From the human T2T-CHM13v2.0 reference genome, Homo sapiens, in NCBI RefSeq assembly GCF_009914755.1, contig NC_060930.1: DNA of 64,000 bases. The stretch is one strand, 5' to 3'. Position 1 is the first letter of the stretch, and each line of letters opens with the position of its first letter. Below, one piece after another: positions 57,082 to 64,000 of this stretch. Both the position numbers and the translations under genes were made by a program. The notes beneath the pieces were generated by a model. The model saw nothing but the letters and a program-made list of their open reading frames with translations. It searched no databases and had not been told where the DNA came from.

Positions 57082-60000
57082 TTCTCAGAGCATGTTTCAT
57101 GGCCACCAGGTGGACTGAAATAATGCTCTGGCTTTTCATAGCGTCTTTCCCTGTGCTCCCTCCTTGACTGTTTGCGTACCCCCCTGTTCTCTTGGCTCTG
57201 CCCTCAATTTGCTCTCTGTCCTACACTTTGGCCTTGCCATTTCTAGCCATCATTTACCCCTAGCTTCATCTTTATCTAGGATTTAAGGAACTATGGGCAA
57301 GCTTTAGATCAATGCCTTCTCACCTGAGGCTCAAACACTTCCCCCAAAGCCCCCTGGCCAGGATACAGCCTCTCCTTCTCTAGAGCACAACACTGTCTCC
57401 TGAGACCTGAGCCACAGAACAGGGAATCTGATGAGCACCAGTTGAAACACAGATATCTGGTAGTCAAAGGAAGGGGCAAAGCTGTTTTATGCTTATTCCT
57501 AGGGGTCCTAGAAGCTGAGAAAACTCTCATTCCTCTTCCTATATCATCTTCTAGGCAGACAGGGCAATGAGGTCACCCCTTCCCTATCACCTTCACGAGG
57601 TGCTGAAGCAGAGACCCTCTGGAGACTTCCACAGTACTCCTCTCCTCTCTCAAACAACCGAAAAGTCAACCCGCCCCATCCTCTCTGCTCAGAGGAGCTT
57701 TGTCCAGCTCCACATCTGTAGTTTTGCTGTTTGTGGATTAACTTTGCCAATTGCACCATCAGAAACTACTCTGGGCCACAGGGACAGGGTTCTTGCCCCT
57801 CAAAGGAGTTTCAACTACATGGAAACCTATTCTTTTTTGGTAATTTTGACCTGTGATGAGAGTTTATTTATTCAAAGAGCCTTCCTTACCAGGCACTTTT
57901 TCTGATGTTTCAAGTAAACATATTCCATATTACCAAAATGCAACAACTTGGTGACTGACGTAACCAGATTCTAGAAGACATGCTTTCTTACTATGATCTC
58001 ACTTCTTAACCCCCACTCCACTGAAAAGGCTCTCTGCCATCTGCTCTCAACCTTGCCATTGATTCTGTGATACTGTGAAATTTACTTCTTTCTGCTTCAG
58101 TTTCTACATCAATGGAAAAGACAATAACTTTTCTTCTTTCTCACAGATAGATCTTTAGGTGTTAATAGGATACTATATCAAAAATGCAATAAATTCCACC
58201 CAAATATATGTCCACTAAATTAAAAAAAAATCCTTCCTAGCTTGCTAACAAGTAGGGCCTTCAACTCAACTCCATAATGCATATGTCTTATTCCAGATGG
58301 AAAATATACAGACTGTAAAACTAGTGGTAGGCAGTAGGACAAAGATCTTAGCAACCAGAGGTATCAACAATGAAAAAGATGGGCATATGAATGAGGAGTC
58401 ACTGGTGAAGCTATTCAAGGAGAAAGTATAATCAATGACAAATGCCAGGTCATATGTGGTATAGTGAGGATTCTGGTGTTGAGTAGAATGTGAAAGAGAG
58501 TGACCTCTGAAGTCCTTTGTGCATCTGCAATTCTAACATGACTTCTCTGGCCACCAGTGAATGTTCATCACAATCTAGAATGGGCAATTCATTTACAATG
58601 GAATGTTTATCGCCCCAGTACAATGTTTTTCTTGTTATTTTAAGATATCTTCTTGGCCAATGGGAGTGAGAGTCACTCGTGGAATTGACTTTTTGTCCTA
58701 CACTTAGAAGGCCAAAGAAGACTAGTATGAAACCTAAAGGGAATAAGTTTTCTCTACTTTCAAATCCTTTCCATGAATAAGTCCTGGTGACTTTTTGTTC
58801 CATCATCATCACTGTCCTTCTGGGGACCAAGGAACTCACTCTCTGGGTCAGGAGTCTTCTGAGACCCCAGGCACATTAATAAGGGCATGTTCATAAGGGT
58901 AGCTTAGATAAAGCTCAGTGAGTTCAGGGCACTGGAGAATATCAATTCTGTTTCAGAATTTTTAATTTTCAAGACCTCTTCTCAACAAAATATCTAGCAA
59001 ATTAAAAGTATTCTTCCTACTATAAATCTCTTTGCATCTCTGCTATAAACCTATTTCTCTTTAGGGCAATGGGAATACCTATAGCAGAATAAGGGGAGGG
59101 TCACATACAAGAAAGTTCAAAGATTAACATTGCAAGAGCTCTCGCCACATATAATTACATCATATAAGAAATTATCCTGAGGCAGAGGATTGTCATTCAT
59201 AGAAGAGTTTGGCACTTCGAGGGTGATAAAGACATGCCTTTAAATAATTATGTGAAAACACTCAGCAAAGAGAAAGAGCAAACTGTTGTGATATCAAACC
59301 TGTTAGAAAGCACGCCTTCATTTAACAATGTAGGTCAGGTCGGAAAGGACCAGAAAAGCTGCAGGTGGCTGTCTTCCAAGTGTTAGAAATTATTGGTGCA
59401 TTTTTCAAAAGCATGAACTACATTTTGAAAATAAAAATGCTGCTTCTTTAATTAATAAGATATATTCAGTTATATGCAGCCTTTCACCAGACCTTTAAGT
59501 ACTCTATTTTTTTCATCTTATTATCAGACTACAGAGAGAATAGTGGTAAGCTGATAAAATGCTCTATGGAATTTAGTATTCTTTTATCTGTCCTTCCCTG
59601 GCCTTCAGTTTACTCAATTTTTTGTCTCTCAATAGTTTAATTACATGTGAAAAGACTCCCAATAACATACTTGTGTTATAGCATATTAGAATTAAATGAG
59701 GGGAAAACTTTTCATTATGTGGTTTTATTGTTGTTCATTTGTACATTCATTTGACAATACTGACTCAAGTTGCTGTGTGTTCTCTTAGGCTCCATGTATT
59801 TTATATCCCAGAGCTCCACCCAGGAAGCTACATAATTAAAAGAGTAGCTTATTTTTCTCATACTATATAGAGATAATATAATTTCAACAGATTCTATTTT
59901 CATCCATTATGAAGCTGTCTAAACTTAAGGACACCATTTTCTTTACGAATAAACTGACTCTTAACATTTCAGTACCCAATCAGGCATATATGTTAACTAA

Positions 60001-62294
60001 CATCAAAATTAAATGAAAATCATCGGTCAGACAAATCCATTATGTATGAAGTTAACTATTACAGATGAAAACAAAATCTAACCTAGTCAATGATTTAAGG
60101 AATTATTCTCACTTTATTAAAGCACACACACAAACCGGCTAAATTCTTGGAAGAGTTTAACTATGAGTTTAGCCATTGAAGCAACAATTTTCCTCACCAT
60201 AAACTGGAACCTTATTCTGAGTAAGACTGTAAGAGGAACTAAGTCTTAAAGGAAGGCCATCGGAAAGTTACTTTTATACTGGAAATAGTCCATCCCTATT
60301 CTCAAATAGTTTTGCCCTTATGACTCTGCTCCCAAGGCAGGCTTTTCTGGCATAAGTAAATTTAGCTTTATTTCTGGAACAAGTAGTCTTTCTTCATAAG
60401 TGTCATACAGAGCTGGGCTGATTTAGCTTTCTGTCTGCTTTATACAAGCCTTAGCAAGTTTCAAAATATATGGCCATTCAAAGCAAGTTGTATTGCAGGC
60501 TTTTCTCATTTGTTTTCACTTATCAAAAAGTTAGAACTATGTGAAACCAGTTATTCGGGTACACTAAGTCAAGGTCAGGATTCACTAGTTAACATGTTTT
60601 TAATGCAGATAACATGCAAATTCCCAATCAAGAAATTAGGCCAGAACTTGTAGATTCAGAAATGTTCACTAAAACTGAAAGTACATGAACCCCAAAGCTC
60701 TCTCAGCAAGGAATTGAGGGGATAAAACCATACACACCCAGAGTTTCCAAATCACTACCTACCTTGAAGATTTTAAATATGCCGTTTTAGCAAGGAGATT
60801 TTAATTTATGCTGGTAATATCTACTAGTAAAGAAAAGAGGTTACCATTAAGGTCACTACATAGCAAATGCTTTTATTTCTTGAGTATTTTAAGTTTGGCT
60901 TCCTGACATGATTTTTATATATATCTGTGTCTAGGTTTTTGTCTGCCTTTGTATATCTGCCGAATGCCAGTTCTTTTTCACAAAGTCTCTGGCTGATGTC
61001 GTTCATGACATTCTGTGGTGGAGATTTATTCCCTGACCTTATACTTTGGAAAGGACAGCCTGAAATACTCAAGAAATTGTGGGCCTTAGTAGATTATACT
61101 ATGAGCTATTTCTCTTCCCCAGAGGAAGTATTACCAACCAAAGCAGAGGCCAAAAGAGGAACTCTTCTGATTGCCAGTATCCTTGCAAAGAGCCATTTGG
61201 GTAGGACACTGGTTTAGATTTTCAGTTTGAGGCTAAGATGGTGGTCGTGATACAGGGATAGTGCTTTGGCAACTTTTCATCCATTGTTGAAACCTTGTGA
61301 TACCTTGGAAGACAGTGAATCTAAAAAGGCATCAGCATGTAAAATTAACAGCTGGTGCCAAAAATCACAGTAATACCTTGTTTGACTTTTGAAAAATATT
61401 ACAAGCAAAGAAATTCCTCCCAAAAAGTTTCTAAATTGCACTCAAACTGAATTCTTAAGACCTACTTCATGTTTAACATGTTTTGACAGTCTGGTTCCGT
61501 GCTGATAAATAGATAGCCTGCTATTTACTACACCACAAGTCAGATTAAAGAATAGGACCCGTATTGGCTAACTGATTAGGGCTACTAGGAATTGTGTTTA
61601 TTTTTAATTCATTAACCATATACTGCTTTGTGATGATGTTTTAACATCAACATAAAAATTGCACCATTTAATTTTTATGGTGCAGTGTCTTCCTTAACGT
61701 TTTTCCAACAACTAGTTACTAAGCACCTTCTATGAGCCATGTACTGTGTTAAGTACTAGAGAGGCATTGGGGTCTGCAAAGCAGGGATTTTAAAACTCTC
61801 TGATAAATGTAATCAAATGCTTAGGGTTAAAACGGATAATCCAAACTATAAATTCAACCCTAAATTAGTATGGCGTATGTCACTCGACTCCCACTCCTTC
61901 ACATCCCCCCAAGGACAGCCTCTGCATTTACATCCTCTAAAGGGGATAATCACAAAGGAAAATCACCCATCATCACGTGTGCGCTCATCACTCATCATCA
62001 CATGTGTCCTCAGCACTCCTCATGCACCAGGTGCAAATGCAACTGCAGCTTTAACTGCTCCCTAAGACATTACCAATACTCAAATCCATCCCTGTCCTGG
62101 CCCCTCTCATGAGCTTCAGACTTACACATCCAACTGCCTCCTGGTGTTCTACAGAAAGCTCACCCTACACAGTCTAAAACTGAACTGACCATTTGACCTA
62201 CAAACCTAATTCCCCTCCAAAGGAGCTCATCTCATTGAACTTGGCTACCAGCAGCACAGTTAGGGCCAGAAGTGTGAGTCATCCTCCACACGAT

Positions 62295-62385
62295 TCCCTT
62301 TCTCCGTTTCTCCCTTTCTCTTTCTCTTTCTCTCTCTCTCTCCCTCTTCTCTCTCCTCTCTCTCTCTCTCCACCCCTTCTCTCTC

Positions 62386-62438
<53 letters not shown>
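62295..62438. repeat. Polypyrimidine (CT-rich) tract followed by (CA)n
   Basis: Direct observation; explains the RERE/VCVC ORFs in the track. Confidence 0.95.
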
Positions 62439-62440
<2 letters not shown>

Positions 62441-63112
62441 CACACTCAGTTACCATGTCATCAGTTCTGATGATGGGGCCTTTCAATGTAAACAGAGGAG
62501 CTCTTATTCTGGATTCATCATTTCAGTGTAGGAGTCTGGAGTCAGAGCTGTTGGGGCTACTGTCTTTCTTTAATTCTATGATGCTATCAAATGTAAGACC
62601 CATGTTCATCTCAGCAACATTAAATTGCGGGGGAGGACATGCATTATTTACAATCGAGGACATACTACATTTCTTTCCTTTTATTTTCCAGGAGAATGCC
62701 CTGTTATAGCTTTATATCTTTTTGGCTTTCTGTATCTATTAAACATAGAGCTAAGTGGGGCTCTCTTTTGTCTTAGACCACATTGGTGTCCCATTTTTAC
62801 TAGCTGAATGTAGGATTTATATGATTAATTTATTCATGGAGGACATGCGTGAGAACTCAAATTGCAGTCAGGATATTGAGTAAAACCTGGACAAGTCTGA
62901 GAAATTCTGTAGCAGAAAATACTGAGAGCTGACAAGAAGAAGATGAGACATCCAAGGATGAACTTAGAACACAGATGTCCCCCACTTTCTTTGTGATAAA
63001 GATTTGACTACTTATTACAGATATAGGTTACTCTAGTCATGGGAAGAAAATATGAAACAAACTGAAGAAGAGCAGCAGCATGCAGTGCAATAAAACTTGG
63101 ATGGTATTCTGA

Positions 63113-63410
<298 letters not shown>

Positions 63411-63679
63411 TTTTAATATTATTAATAATATAGAAGATGTGGTTAAGCCTTGATAAAAATATAATCCATTTGAGTTGGGCTAGAGACAAAACCTTGCTCC
63501 TATGCCACAGTTGACACAGCTGAATAAAAACATGAACCAAACAGGGCTCTCTCTCCTTTTCCCTTTCCATCTCCCCCTCCCCCAGGATTCCAGAGGACTA
63601 CAGAAGAGCATGCTGATGACATTAGCAAATTTTTTTTCTAAAGCCTTTTTCTAAAGGCTTTTTCTCAAGCCGTCTCTGC

Positions 63680-63965
63680 TTCCCAATGCCTCTCCACTAG
63701 CTTGAACTCTAGTCTAAATTGTGGCTATTTGTCTGTCACCTGCACCTCTGCTAGTCTTGCAACAGGTTTCCCTACTTCCAGTCTCTCTTCTCACAAATCA
63801 GTTCTCTTTACTTTTGCACTCATCACAAATTGTAAATACACATATATATTTATTTACTTTCCTAGGATCTTTACTTCCAATGCTTGTCTGTAAGTTCCAT
63901 GAGGGTCTATGTATAATTTGGCAGCATTACAAAGCTTTAAATATGTGAGCTAAATGAATAAATGA
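63680..63965 (+). mobile_element. L2 3' fragment
   Basis: TGTAAGTTCCATGAGGG...AAATATGTGAGCTAAATGAATAAATGAA. Confidence 0.6.
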
Positions 63966-64000
63966 AGGACACTATCAACATGGCCTTTCTTAGACAAGGT

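Overview
AT-rich, repeat-laden primate genomic DNA (human or a very close great ape, judged from AluY/AluS/AluJ, THE1, MADE1 and L1PA-lineage repeats). It reads as an intergenic or large-intron region. I recognise no host protein-coding exon and cannot name the locus. The dominant feature is a full-length (~6.0 kb) plus-strand LINE-1 at ~17893-23922 with intact ORF1 (338 aa), ORF2 (1275 aa) and antisense ORF0 (71 aa). Its 3' UTR diagnostics are L1PA2-type (GAG, A) rather than L1HS-Ta. It has a 17-bp TSD and ~10 extra nucleotides at its 5' junction. The rest is a mosaic of Alus, MaLR/ERVL LTRs, L2/MIR, old L1/HAL1 and DNA-transposon fossils (MER33, MER58A, MER20, MER102, MER103C, Tigger2a, MADE1). 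Several non-repeat, motif-dense segments look like conserved enhancers, and a CpG-enriched zone at ~54-57 kb carries divergently oriented CTCF-like motifs. Repeat subfamily names come from recalled consensus sequences, not from a database search. I see no evidence for a wholly new biological system; the best leads are the intact non-Ta L1 and the putative CTCF boundary/promoter.
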